This document shows positions 35,090 through 46,383 of a stretch of DNA of 64,000 nt, piece after piece. The stretch covers positions 1,488,001-1,552,000 of the forward strand of contig NC_079240.1 of assembly GCF_027921745.1 (NCBI RefSeq). Direction: 5' to 3'. The stretch's first letter is position 1, and each line of letters opens with the position of its first letter. The notes beneath the pieces are model-generated. The model saw only the letters and a program-made list of their open reading frames with translations. It did no database searches and had not been told where the DNA came from. Origin of the DNA: Schizosaccharomyces osmophilus. Taxonomy: Eukaryota. Made by a program: the position numbers and the translations under genes.

Positions 35090-36571
35090 TTACGCACCAT
35101 GAATGCGTTGATGTCGTCGCATATTACTGCGAACGTTGAAGGCTTTTCCACAACCTACATAATCGCAGACAAATGGACGTTCACCAGTATGGGAATAAGT
35201 ATGAATCTTTAAACTGGATGGCCTTGAGAAGCCTTGAAGACATTCGGTGCAACGATACCGAATAGTTGAACTTGATATTGCATTGCTTGGTTGGTTTGAT
35301 TTACGAGAATTTGAATGTCTCCTTGCAATATGCGCTCTCTTGTCAATGGCCGAAGAATCCTTATTAGCTTGGCTTTTTCCATCAGAAGCTCCAGTGATAT
35401 TAGGATTATTTTGTGCGAGGGTAGCTGCAGCAGAAAGCTCAGAAAGGATAGCATCATGAAAACCATTTGAGTGTGGATACCCTGATTGCGAGGCTGTAGA
35501 TGCGTTTTCAGGGACAAACCCATTTCGAGATGAAGAATGAACCTCAGGAGTCAATCCAAAATGACTCATGTCTACCGCTCGGTTGGGAGTGTTCTCAGAA
35601 CGTTGAGGATCTGCTTCGTTTGAGCTGGAACGATTAGCTGGTTCTTGTGCTTCTGTTCCAGTGTGTGAAACGAACGATTCGTGCTCTGAAGGAGCAGGAC
35701 AACGGACGAATTCATCATTATTTGAATGAGGGTTTAAGCGATTTTGTGAATTCGAATTTTGTGAGCAACCAGGACAAACGAAAGGGAGATAAGGAGGTTG
35801 AAAAGGAAACGTTAAAAAGCCATTATTCGGCTGATGCGGCGAGACTGTCGAGCAAGGGTTTGTAGCTGGAGGAATTGAGGGTTGAGCAACTGGATCGACA
35901 TGTTGTGAGTGTTGTGAGTGTTGCGAGTGCTGAGAATGCTGATCAGCGGGTTTGGAAGGCTGATGCTGGTGTACAGCAGCAACGGCAGCGGCTTCATTCG
36001 CTTTTGCAAGAAAATATGCATAAGAAAAAGGGTTGTAAGGAGAAAGAAAACTTGGAGGCAGCGGGACATCCGCTGAACTAGAGTTGGGAGGATGATAATG
36101 AGGAGATGAAGCGGCAGCTGCTGCCATGATCGCAGGATCTGTCATGGATCCACCCAATATGGTGGAAATGGGAGGAAGTCTATACTGGGCAGAGGAAGGG
36201 TTAACCAGAGTAGGGGGTATGTGAGGATGACCATGAACAGTGGTGCAACAACAGAGTGAATTGTTTGCTGAAGGATCCAATTGGCCTTGGGGTAAAGGAA
36301 CAGAGGAACCAGGCATTGTTGTGACTATATTTTCAAGATTATTTTTATAATTATTAACTGGGGGTTGTCTGTGGACATCCTCGGGATTCAACTGTGTGTT
36401 GGGAGGTGCAAAAGAAGGGCCAACAACATGAGGGTACGGGCAAGCAGGAGGGACCGAAGCAGACTGCTGATTGCTTGTAGTATTTACTTTGGAAGAAGGA
36501 TTTGTAGAAGCGAATGAGGTAGTGCCCTGAACCCCACCAGTGCGTTCGGCGGCAGGAGTTTCCGTCGACAT
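35090..36571 (-). CDS. loz1: Zinc-responsive C2H2 repressor Loz1
   Basis: Two C-terminal C2H2 fingers (CTEC..HTYSH, TGERPF linker, CDYVGC..HQRIH); first ATG at 36571; synteny. Confidence 0.9.
   Translation of the reverse strand: MSTETPAAERTGGVQGTTSFASTNPSSKVNTTSNQQSASVPPACPYPHVVGPSFAPPNTQLNPEDVHRQPPVNNYKNNLENIVTTMPGSSVPLPQGQLDPSANNSLCCCTTVHGHPHIPPTLVNPSSAQYRLPPISTILGGSMTDPAIMAAAAASSPHYHPPNSSSADVPLPPSFLSPYNPFSYAYFLAKANEAAAVAAVHQHQPSKPADQHSQHSQHSQHSQHVDPVAQPSIPPATNPCSTVSPHQPNNGFLTFPFQPPYLPFVCPGCSQNSNSQNRLNPHSNNDEFVRCPAPSEHESFVSHTGTEAQEPANRSSSNEADPQRSENTPNRAVDMSHFGLTPEVHSSSRNGFVPENASTASQSGYPHSNGFHDAILSELSAAATLAQNNPNITGASDGKSQANKDSSAIDKRAHIARRHSNSRKSNQPSNAISSSTIRYRCTECLQGFSRPSSLKIHTYSHTGERPFVCDYVGCGKAFNVRSNMRRHQRIHGA
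35900..35941 (-). repeat. 9-bp coding tandem repeat encoding (QHS)4QH in Loz1
   Basis: Near-identical gttgtgagt units on the plus strand. Confidence 0.85.
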
Positions 36572-37373
36572 TGTGTAGAATACGCACACTAGAGAATATG
36601 TAAAAAAAAGAAAAGTTTTAGGCTGAAGAAGTAAAAGGAAGGATAATAAGTGTTTTTCAATACCTTTTCGATACCTTTTCGAAAAAAAAAAATGAGGGAC
36701 AAGATAAAATAGACTGCACTTGCACAATCAAGGAAAAAGGTGGAAGAGAAGAGAACCGACTATCTAAAGAAAACACACACAAAGATGTATTTCCTAAACA
36801 AAAGAAGAATTAAATATGAAAAAGACACCGAACAGACCCACGAAGGTTGACAAATAGGTTGGTTTGCTATCCTAACGGAGGCAAGTTCGCTTTTCCCCCG
36901 ATAAGACTGATGAATCAGAAAATCTGAATAATAAAATATAATAAATAAATAATGTTGCTACTCCTTTTTTCTTCCAGTACAAAAAAAGCCACCACTTAAG
37001 CCACGAATGAGTTATGAGGATTTAACTATGGTCCTTTGAAAACGAATTCCAAACTTCTGAAAAAGTCTTCTCACAACGACCTAAAAATAAAACAAGTTGA
37101 ATGAATAAGATGATAGATGATTGGACCTAGGAACGCAATGGGAAATTGACAAGCTGAGGCAACAAATGTAGCTAACCGCTCTCGACGAAGGCAATTTGCG
37201 AACCCACAACCGGGTTTCTATTAGATTTATCTTTGATTTTACCTGAATGGATGGATGATCTTTTAATTTTTGTTTTATTCCTAGTAGACGAAATATTCCT
37301 AAGGTCAATGCACTTTCGCCGGTTATGAAGTAGTCATGCACTTTGGTGTTACTACTTTGATTGCCATGCCTAA

Positions 37374-37454
37374 ATGGATCGACGCTTGTTACTTATCTTG
37401 TACCTTTAATGAAGTATAAGGTGTTGTCGATCATCGGTTAATCAGCCGATCTTC
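37374..37454. promoter_or_regulatory. Three Loz1-response-element-like GNMGATC sites upstream of loz1
   Basis: CGTCGATCCAT (minus, 37374-37384), TGTCGATCATC (37425-37435), AGCCGATCTTC (37444-37454). Confidence 0.6.
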
Positions 37455-37748
37455 TTTGTTTATGGAAATTTCAAAAACAAAAATAAAATGTAAATTTATA
37501 TAAATTCTCCTATATTCAATAGAGCTCATGCAACCAATGTGTGGGAGGTCTAAAAATCCAAATAAACCTTGTAAGCGCTCAAAGAACGAATTTCCTGTCA
37601 AAACCTAAGGAAGAAGATAAATTCAGGCAGTTGTTGATCTGCTTGAATTTTGTAATGCTTTCGTTTTCTTCTTTCTCTTTTCTTTCTCTATTTAGTGTAA
37701 ATATTGTACTCCTCTTATACGGCATTTAGTATTCCTTCATCAACAAAG

Positions 37749-37811
37749 GGTACTGTGGTAGAACGGTTTAGCACTGCAAAAGGTTCTAGGTTCGTGTCAC
37801 TGTATGTACTG
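37749..37811 (+). pseudogene. Degenerate tRNA-like element leading into tRNA-iMet
   Basis: A-box-like TGGTAGAACGG (37756-37766), B-box-like GGTTCGTGTC (37789-37798), end pairing GGTAC/GTACT, no anticodon arm. Confidence 0.55.
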
Positions 37812-37816
37812 AAAAG

Positions 37817-37888
37817 TGCGCGGTAGGAGAGTGGAACTCCGACGGGCTCATAACCCGTAGGTCCCAGGATCGAAACCTGGCCGCGCAA
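37817..37888 (+). tRNA. Initiator tRNA-Met (CAT)
   Basis: Acceptor stem TGCGCGG/CCGCGCA, anticodon arm ACGGG-CTCATAA-CCCGT, initiator-type T loop ATCGAAA, oligo-T terminator just downstream. Confidence 0.97.
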
Positions 37889-38441
37889 TTCTTTTTTTAT
37901 TTTTCACTTTTCATTTTTTGTGCTGGTTGAAATTCCCGATGCTTTCGTGCGATTTCGAAGTTCGTTGACATGGCATCCTTTGGATTCTTCTACGATTGTC
38001 TGTACGGAAGATGCATACTATTATTTGCTTGTAGTTACCGCTAGTCTTTGTAAATGAAATAGAAACAAAGCATACAGCTTGAAAGTGATGAATCACAATG
38101 GTTCATCTTGCTGCTTCCACGCAAACGTCTACTGAAACAAATTACTTTACAGAAATAAAGAGGAATTGAAAAACATTGACTTGAGATTTTTGAACACTAT
38201 TTTTTCAGCGTACGCTGGGTCTAGCACGAATGTGTCTAGTTTTAAAAAAACCCGTTTGGCGCAAATCTCCCATGCTAGTCAATAAACTGTTTCCGATAAT
38301 CCCTTGATATCATGAAACAGTGTATCCAAACTATTACCGATCTGGATTTGATTGATTCCCTATTGTAAGGAACCAAACAATAATCAAAAAAGAACCATAC
38401 CTATTACAACCCATACCCAATCCTTTTGCAACCTTCAACGC

Positions 38442-39107
38442 TCAAAATGTAACCGTCTTCTTTACTGGTTTGGAAGATGGTTTTGGTGCAGCGGGCTTGG
38501 TGACTTCCCTTGCATATTCGTGATAGACATCTTCATCAGCGCCTGTAGTACCTGCAGTAGCCAAAACATGTCCGTGATTGACATCTTCCTTGCGTACTTG
38601 ATCACAGTCCTTAACATAATGATGTACAGATCCACAAAGCTTGCAACCACCCCCTTTAGGGTACAGACCGTGGGGATTCTTCTCGCATTGACCAGCCAAA
38701 TGTCCTTTTCCGTGGCAAATAAAGCAAACCGCAAACTTCAACGGTCCCTTTTTGGGACAGGCATTCAAAGAATGATCTTTGCTTCCACAGCGGAAACATA
38801 TGGAGACGTCCGATTTCGCCTCAGGGCAGTTTTGCACTATGTGGCCTGGTTTTCTGCATGCAAAGCAAAACTTGTCCTTATATCTCATATTTTGTCTTTT
38901 GATTCTGCGATGCTCTGAACGGCCCTTTCGCTGTTGTTGATCCGGTTTCGAACCTGTTCGGTTGTTCGTTTTCTTTTCAGACTCTCCAATGAAGGCATCA
39001 CCGTTTTCATTTGGCTTGACATCTTTCGCAGCTTCAACTGGTTTGGCTTCATAAGGTGTCGCCTCCAAGAACTTTTTCCTCTTACCCATGTTTGTGATTC
39101 GCGCCAT
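38442..39107 (-). CDS. Zinc-knuckle (4x CCHC) protein, ZCCHC9-like
   Basis: CFACRKPGHIVQNC, CFRCGSKDHSLNAC, CFICHGKGHLAGQC, CKLCGSVHHYVKDC; HGLYPKGGGC linker. Confidence 0.9.
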   Translation of the reverse strand: MARITNMGKRKKFLEATPYEAKPVEAAKDVKPNENGDAFIGESEKKTNNRTGSKPDQQQRKGRSEHRRIKRQNMRYKDKFCFACRKPGHIVQNCPEAKSDVSICFRCGSKDHSLNACPKKGPLKFAVCFICHGKGHLAGQCEKNPHGLYPKGGGCKLCGSVHHYVKDCDQVRKEDVNHGHVLATAGTTGADEDVYHEYAREVTKPAAPKPSSKPVKKTVTF

Positions 39108-39773
39108 CTTTTAAGAGTAAAAATGAATATAAACCTAAAATCTGTTAGATCCTATAATGACCAAGACGAAACCTAAAAGATACTGCTAATTGTCACGAAA
39201 AATCCACTTTCCAAACTTCAATTTCCATTGCCTTTTCCACAATATCTAATAGAATGGATGTAATTACTAACCTGTTTGTTGTTCTTTTCTATTCTTTCAA
39301 TTATATATCGTCTCCTTTGAGCAAATGTAGTATTTTGCTTTTAGCCAGAAAAATTTCATAGATTATTCATTCCTTTCAAGTAACACAGAATCGCTTTCAA
39401 AAAGACATCAAAATTGTGTACGGCTCTATCGTTCATTTTCTTTATTTTCTATGTTTATAGTATTTAAAATTTATGCCCTTACTCTTTTTGGATCCATAAC
39501 CCATAAGTATAACAAATTCTGATTTACTTGACATTCGATAACCATTCACTTTTCTCTGGTAAATTAGCTTGAGTCATTCGTACAATTTTAATTTTTATGA
39601 TGGTTTCAAATTTCTGTCTTTTTTATTTTATTTTATTTTTTTGATATTTCTTTGTTTAATCTTGTTTACCAAAGAAATCTTGGCTTGACGATTGAAGTAA
39701 CATGGGTGACACCAATGGCTAAAGTGTAGGTTAGAAGCAACGTTTTATCCTTCTCCCATTCACTTCATAAAAT

Positions 39774-42700
39774 ATGAGCGAGGAGATTACCAGACTTACA
39801 ACGGTACAAAATTATCGTTCTGTAGATTTAATCGGTGATTTTGCTGGTGAGGAACTCTTTCTTATTGATGGTGATTCCTTAATCTTCCACATCCTCGCAC
39901 AGGATTGCCAATTTCTGAGCAAAAATGGTGTTCAAATATTGTATGCTATTTATCTTTTAGAAAGAGAACTAGCTAGATTCAAAAGTGCCAGGCTGAATTT
40001 TTGTATTGTATTTTTCAAAAACTGGGAAGCACTTTACTCTAACTATGATGACCTTTTGCGCTCTTCCCTCCTTTTATTCCGTAGAGTAGCTATCCGTCAT
40101 CTTCGTAAATACGTTCCAGTGTTTCAATTCAAAACTTTAGCTGACTCTCAATGGAGTGTATTTATTGCCAAATACCGTCCTTACGGTTTTATGGTTCTTG
40201 ACAATAATAAAAATATAAAGGAAGGTGGCCTTCCTATTTCTGATGAACAATTGATGGTATTTAAGTCTTTTATTTTTTTCGCATTGTCTGATGGTGTCCC
40301 CGTTGCTCTTTTGGGATCTTATGAGTTTGTCGATAATAAGATTCTATGCTCTATATTGCCTTCTTTCTTTACTCGCTCTAGCGAAGCTATAGAGGAGGCT
40401 TCTAAAGTAATCTCTGATTATTTGGAAAAATTTGGTAAAAACCGTCAAGCAATCGACTTGCCTGAAGTTGATATCGATGCTTGTTCTACGAATGCAATGC
40501 GCGTTCAGACTCTTGCTGCCTCTTGGCTCATAAAAAACGAATCATCTTCTCCCCTGAGCCGTGATCTAGCGAAAGTGGTAGTCATTTTGGCTGCAGTCCT
40601 TGAGCATCTTAAAATATCTTCCCGTTCTCAACCCTCCTTCCCCTTATATGAGGAACCAGCTATTCAACAATTTATTTCTTCATATTTGGGCTGTGCTTCT
40701 TCCATCCTCAATTTGTTAGATAGCAAGGTTGACGGATTTCACGACCTTTTTGATGCTCGTTTATTTGTTCGTTTAGTAATTGATGTTGTTCATGGTGAGT
40801 TTTACATTCCTGATGTTTGCCGTGAATATGCCCTTTCTAATTGGAAGTTGGTTACCGATGCCGTCCCTGAAGCCGGTGATCTTTATGATTTCTCTTCTTT
40901 TTCTTCCATTTCTAAGGAACTTTGTACCCCTATTGAAACATCTACCAGTGATATTGATACTTCCTTGGCCCCTTACGGTGATCCCGTTATTTCTCCCTTT
41001 TACAACAACGAGGAATGGGCGGTTCAACCTAAGGAAGTTCAACCTCTTGAGACGGCTTTGGATTTCTCAAAATTGCGCATCAATGATAAGTCTGCCACCT
41101 CTAAGCGCTATGACGATATTAATGCAACTAAGAAGACCGGTGATAGCAACAAAGACAAAAGACAGGTTGATAGAATGCGTCGTCAAGACCAATTTTTTAT
41201 CAGCCATATTCAAAAGTATGCCGGTTCACTTACAGGTGCTAAAGGTGGTCAATTGAAGCGCCAAACCATTTTTACTCAAACCGCTAAGGAAGCCAAGGTT
41301 CAAAATGAAGAGGCTCCCAAAAATAAGGCCAAGGCTAAGGACAAGGAAATTGCTTCGAAAAAGGGTAAACCCGTTAAACTTTCTAAAGCCGAACAAATTC
41401 GTGCCGAAATTGCTGCTAAAAAGTCAGAGAAGGAAGACAATAGAAACGATTATATGTGGCAGGAAACTAGAAACGAACTTGGTCGTATTAAAGATCTGAA
41501 TCTTCGTTCCAATCGTCTTTCTCAGCTGTTGAACACTAGAACTTACGATCCTTACATTGAGAATGAAATGCGCTTATACCGCATTCGTGTCTTACTTTCT
41601 TTGTGGGCTGCAGCCTGTGTTACTGATGAGTCTAAGGAAAAGAATGTTCGCATAGCTGTGGATATTTTCCGCGAAATCAGTATTGTTTATCCTAAGCCAA
41701 TTACTAAACAAGTTAAGGCTGCTCTTGACGATACACTTACTGCTTTGGGTTTTGAAAGTGTTATCCGCAAAGCCAAGAAGCTTGAATCCCGTCCCATGTC
41801 TTTTCCCTTTGTGCTCCCTGATTTGGAGGAAGAAGAGTTTGACTTAGAAGTCCCTTACACTTCTCCTACCTTTCAATTGCTTCACTTTGGTGAGTACATG
41901 GAAAGATCTATGGGTAGTGCACCAGATAACCGTGTTGCTTTTGACCCTGATGAATGGCAACGTCAAACTTTGGATATTCTCGACAAAGATGAATCTGTGT
42001 TCGTGGTTGCGCCTACTTCTTCCGGTAAGACCTTCATCTCCTTCTATGCTATGGAGAAGGTTTTACGTGACAATGATGACGGAGTAGTTATTTATGTTGC
42101 TCCTACTAAGGCTTTGGTTAATCAATTATCTGCCGAAGTTTATGCTCGTTTTAACAAGCACTATCCTCATGCTGGTCAAACCGTTTGGTCAGTCTATACT
42201 CGTGATTATCGTATTAACAATCCAACTAACTGCCAAGTGTTGATTACTGTCCCCCACGTTTTGCAATCTATGCTTCTGCAACCTGCTCTGGCCAACGCTT
42301 GGTGTCCCAAGATTAAACGTATCATTTTTGATGAAATTCACTGTATTGGACAAATGGAAGACGGAATGGTGGAAGAGCAGTTATTGCTACTTGCTCCTTG
42401 TCCGATTGTTGCACTTTCTGCTACTGTTGGTAACCCCGAAGAATTCCATACATGGCTTTCTGCTCTTCAGCGCGCTCATGCCAACCCCATTCATCTTATT
42501 GTTCACGAGCATCGTTACTCCGATTTGAGAAAGTTCGTTTATGGTGGTGCTAAGGAATTTAAGGGATTGCATGATGAGGAAAACAATGGCCAGATAGCCC
42601 TTATCCATCCTGCTGCAGCAATGTCTTTCTCCGAAGGTACCACAACAAACTTGGCTTTTGAGCCTCGCGATTTACTTCAACTGTACTATGCTATGAAGTT

Positions 42701-44888
42701 AGTTTCCAAGGGTGATTTCAAGATCAGTAAAAGGTTGGACCCAGACAGATATTTTGAGGATATTCCTTTCATTAAAAAGGTTGACGTCGTTGGTTATGAG
42801 AAGAAGATCAAAGCCACTATTGACACTTGGGCTTCTTTGCCTAATGCATTTGCTCCAACCTCTCCTTTGCAAGCTCTTATTAAACACTTCTGTACTGATC
42901 CTCAACGTGTTGTCAATAGCCAGCTTCAACTACACACTTCTGCTTACTCATTGGACGCTATTGCATCAAATTTATTGCCTATGCTTAAGGATTTGAATAA
43001 GCAAGAATTGCTACCCGTTTTGTGCTTCAATTACGATCGTCAAGAATGTGAATATCTTGCCGAAAATGTATTTAAGGGTCTGGTTGAAAAGGAAGGAGAA
43101 TGGCGTGAAAACTCTGAAGAATGGAAAGAAAAGATGCGTGAATTTAAGAAATGGCAAGCTGCTGCCGGCCAACGTGCTAAGCAAATGGAAAAATTTGAAA
43201 AGACAGCCACTGAAAAGCAGAAAGAACAAGCCTTGAAGGAATCTGGTGATACCGCTTGGATTGAGTTCTTTGATCCAGAAGAACCTTCACCAGAGTTCTC
43301 TTTTGCTGGTGCTAAATCTACTTACGGCAAGGAAGAATTATATCGTGATGTGGAATCCTTGCGTAGACGTCAAGTCGTTCCCGAGTGGTTAGTTGATGCT
43401 CTTTATAGAGGTATTGGTGTTCACCATTCTGGTCTTAATAGACGCTATCGCCAAATGGTAGAGGTTCTATTCCGTTGTGGTCAACTCAGCGTTGTCATCG
43501 CTACTCGTACCTTGTCTTTGGGTATTAACATGCCTTGTCGTACTGTCGTGTTTTTGGGTGATAACTTACAACTAAACGCTCTAAACTTCCACCAAGCTGC
43601 TGGTCGTGCTGGTCGTCGTGGTTTCGATTTGTTGGGTCATGTTGGATTCCTTGGTGTTCCTTTGCACAAGGTTTACCGTTTGTTAACCACAAAATTGTGG
43701 GATATTCAAGGTCAATTCCCTCTTACTACCTCCTTGGTCTTACAATTATCCCAGCTCATCTCAGGATCACAAGCTGCTCCTTTTGCTCGTAATACGATTC
43801 GTTCAATTTTGGATGAACCCAAACTTATGCAAAATGGTGATGTTTTGAGCAATCAAGTCAACCATCATCTTCGTTTTGTTATTGAGTATCTTCTTCGAGA
43901 AGGATTGTTGGATGATTATGGTAAGCCTATCAATTTGTCCAACCTTACTATGCACTTGTACTATGCCGAACCCAGCAACTATGCTTTCACTAACTTGCTT
44001 CGCGCCGGTGTATTCCATAAGATTGCAGACAACTATGCCACTGATAAGTTGGGTGCTTTGCGTGAGACGATTACTATTCTCTGCCATTTGTTTGGACGCA
44101 TTCGCATTAACGAGCAGTATGCCCTTTCGTTGAATCGTGATGAATTTGCTCCTTCGGAAATTATTTTGCCTTCTCTCCCTCAGAATATTGTTGAGGTATT
44201 AAATGCTCACGATGAACGGGTATTAAATCTCTATAAGACTTATGCTTATTACTACCGCGAACATGGTAATGTTGGTGTCGAGGACGACAAATTGCCTTTG
44301 TCCAACTTAAAGTTCAACGGAACTGCTGAACTTTCCAAGACAGCTCCTACTGGTGTGGTTTCCGAGTTTTGTGGATTGGCCGGTCTCAACGATAATGCTG
44401 CTAAGAATGTTTCCGATTTTATGGAGCAAGCACCTGATGGAGTTTTCCTCAAGACTTCTCGCTTACCAGTTTTTGAAGTCAACAAGGGTCCTCTTAACGC
44501 TTACCTACTTGATTTCTTCACTCATGGAAGTGTTGAGCTTTTAGTTGAACAGAATGGTTTGAAGCAATCTGAAGTTTGGTTTGTTTTGAACGATTTCAGT
44601 TTGGCTTTAGCTACCATTTGCAGCTGTATTGGTAACTTGCTCAACTTGGTTACCGATGAGGATATCGAGAACGCCATGAGTGCTCTTGAGGGTTCCAATG
44701 CTGTTCAGGCTTCTACTGAAGGTGAAAGTAACACTGACTGGATGCAAAGTATGAATGGAAATTACTCCACTTCTCTATCATCTCCGGAATTGCAAGACAA
44801 GATGGACATGAATCTTTTCAAGGTTTACTGTATGTTCCTTGAAGTTCGTGACCAATTCGATGCCAAATTTAGAAAAATGTGGGCTTAA
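39774..44888 (+). CDS. Ski2-like DExH RNA helicase, DDX60-like, 1704 aa
   Basis: [43 protein letters not shown]; long N-terminal extension beginning [15 protein letters not shown]. Confidence 0.92.
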   Translation: MSEEITRLTTVQNYRSVDLIGDFAGEELFLIDGDSLIFHILAQDCQFLSKNGVQILYAIYLLERELARFKSARLNFCIVFFKNWEALYSNYDDLLRSSLLLFRRVAIRHLRKYVPVFQFKTLADSQWSVFIAKYRPYGFMVLDNNKNIKEGGLPISDEQLMVFKSFIFFALSDGVPVALLGSYEFVDNKILCSILPSFFTRSSEAIEEASKVISDYLEKFGKNRQAIDLPEVDIDACSTNAMRVQTLAASWLIKNESSSPLSRDLAKVVVILAAVLEHLKISSRSQPSFPLYEEPAIQQFISSYLGCASSILNLLDSKVDGFHDLFDARLFVRLVIDVVHGEFYIPDVCREYALSNWKLVTDAVPEAGDLYDFSSFSSISKELCTPIETSTSDIDTSLAPYGDPVISPFYNNEEWAVQPKEVQPLETALDFSKLRINDKSATSKRYDDINATKKTGDSNKDKRQVDRMRRQDQFFISHIQKYAGSLTGAKGGQLKRQTIFTQTAKEAKVQNEEAPKNKAKAKDKEIASKKGKPVKLSKAEQIRAEIAAKKSEKEDNRNDYMWQETRNELGRIKDLNLRSNRLSQLLNTRTYDPYIENEMRLYRIRVLLSLWAAACVTDESKEKNVRIAVDIFREISIVYPKPITKQVKAALDDTLTALGFESVIRKAKKLESRPMSFPFVLPDLEEEEFDLEVPYTSPTFQLLHFGEYMERSMGSAPDNRVAFDPDEWQRQTLDILDKDESVFVVAPTSSGKTFISFYAMEKVLRDNDDGVVIYVAPTKALVNQLSAEVYARFNKHYPHAGQTVWSVYTRDYRINNPTNCQVLITVPHVLQSMLLQPALANAWCPKIKRIIFDEIHCIGQMEDGMVEEQLLLLAPCPIVALSATVGNPEEFHTWLSALQRAHANPIHLIVHEHRYSDLRKFVYGGAKEFKGLHDEENNGQIALIHPAAAMSFSEGTTTNLAFEPRDLLQLYYAMKLVSKGDFKISKRLDPDRYFEDIPFIKKVDVVGYEKKIKATIDTWASLPNAFAPTSPLQALIKHFCTDPQRVVNSQLQLHTSAYSLDAIASNLLPMLKDLNKQELLPVLCFNYDRQECEYLAENVFKGLVEKEGEWRENSEEWKEKMREFKKWQAAAGQRAKQMEKFEKTATEKQKEQALKESGDTAWIEFFDPEEPSPEFSFAGAKSTYGKEELYRDVESLRRRQVVPEWLVDALYRGIGVHHSGLNRRYRQMVEVLFRCGQLSVVIATRTLSLGINMPCRTVVFLGDNLQLNALNFHQAAGRAGRRGFDLLGHVGFLGVPLHKVYRLLTTKLWDIQGQFPLTTSLVLQLSQLISGSQAAPFARNTIRSILDEPKLMQNGDVLSNQVNHHLRFVIEYLLREGLLDDYGKPINLSNLTMHLYYAEPSNYAFTNLLRAGVFHKIADNYATDKLGALRETITILCHLFGRIRINEQYALSLNRDEFAPSEIILPSLPQNIVEVLNAHDERVLNLYKTYAYYYREHGNVGVEDDKLPLSNLKFNGTAELSKTAPTGVVSEFCGLAGLNDNAAKNVSDFMEQAPDGVFLKTSRLPVFEVNKGPLNAYLLDFFTHGSVELLVEQNGLKQSEVWFVLNDFSLALATICSCIGNLLNLVTDEDIENAMSALEGSNAVQASTEGESNTDWMQSMNGNYSTSLSSPELQDKMDMNLFKVYCMFLEVRDQFDAKFRKMWA

Positions 44889-45337
44889 GTTTTTTGTTTA
44901 CTTTTATTTTTTGTTCAGCATATTCTTTATTGAAGAAAAAAAATGGTAAAAGAATCTAGTGGTCTTTATTAAATAAGATCTAAAAAATCACACGGGATTT
45001 AGGATATATGAAAAGCAATCGAATTATTTTTATAATTTGGTACGTGAACAGTTGATTTCCATGCTATTTGATACTTAATTAATTTTGTTATTTTTAAAAT
45101 CTGGTTTTTTCATGTTGGTTGAAATTGTAGAATTTTTTTGTTTCTTCGTATAGTATGATTGTAAGGATAATTAAATCTTCACATTTTCTTTATTGATGAT
45201 TATTTGTAAATGCGCAAAGTATGTAAATAGAAAATGATTATTCTAATTATTAATAAAAATGTGAAGACGTTGATTGTAATAACGATAGAAATTTTGTTCT
45301 GTTTTATAATCCTCCGTTTTCCAAGAGTTTTTCATAT

Positions 45338-46140
45338 ATGTTGGATTTACAAAATTACAAGAAGATTGTCGATAATTTTAGATCATCTCAAGACGAGATT
45401 CGATTTTTAGACCAGCAACCTCCAAAAGAAGCTGACTTATATGGTAATTGCTACATTGACAACAAGTAATACTAATTTAACACCCGAACGGGATTTTAGT
45501 ACTCGATAGTTCCTTTAATCCTCCGCACAATGCGCACTTGGGAATGTGTCATTTTGTTCCTGAAGGAAGTAACTTAGTTTTGCTTTTGAGCATTGCAAAC
45601 GCTGACAAAACTGAGGCTCCAGCGACCTTGGACATTAGGTTAACAATGTTGGAAGCTCTAAAACAACGTATTAAGAACCGTAATGTTTCAATCGCCCTTT
45701 GTAAGTACGCACTATTTGCCGACAAATGTGTATGTTTGTCAAAGTACTGTTCTCCTAAAGAGCAAATTTATTTGGTCGGATTTGACACTTTGATAAGAAT
45801 TCTGAATTGTAAATATTATCCAGAAAAATCGATTCAAAAAACTTTGAGTCCCTTTTTTGAGCGCTCTCGAATTCTCTGCTTTTATCGCGAAACAGATGAT
45901 TCAACAAGAGAAGAGCTGCAGAAAACCTACCCATCCAAACTTGAGAAAGGAGAACTAGAAAATGTGGCTACAGAATGGTCTACTAGGATTCACTTTGCCA
46001 AATTGGACAGCAACATGGGAAAAGGTGTTAGCAGTACAGCAATACGAAAAGCCATTTCTTCTGGCAACGAAGGAGTGCAATCACGGATGATACCAAATGA
46101 AGTCTTAACTATCATAAAAGTTACAAATCCCTACAGCTAA
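45338..46140 (+). CDS. Nicotinamide-nucleotide adenylyltransferase-like protein (Pof1 family of budding yeast), 2 exons
   Basis: Exons 45338-45443 and 45500-46140; 56-nt intron GTAATT..TACTAAT..TAG. Splicing restores VLDSSFNPPHNAH (HxxH); also NADK, GFDTLIRI, VSST. Confidence 0.9.
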
Positions 46141-46383
46141 GCAATTTACGTGTCCTTACTTTCACCAAACTTCTGTCTAGAGAAATCGGTTTAAAAAACT
46201 TTTGAAGAGGCATGAAAATTACAGGTGAACAAAAAAGGCATTAACAATGTAATCAAACCACCTTTACCATAATTAGACTAGACTACTACTTACGATGAAA
46301 TCATAAAATAATAATCTTTTCCAAAACCAAACCAATGTTTTTAGCACAATTTATCGAGGATACTCTAACTTGTCGACGACAAT

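Noticed and set aside
11246..37888. Apparent enrichment of tRNA-related genes (deg1, dia4, tyw3, pop100, tRNA-iMet)
   Set aside because: They are interspersed with unrelated genes and I found no shared motif; ordinary synteny explains it.
39647..39669. TR-box-like and forkhead-like motifs upstream of the helicase
   Set aside because: Single T-rich matches inside a very T-rich tract are expected by chance.
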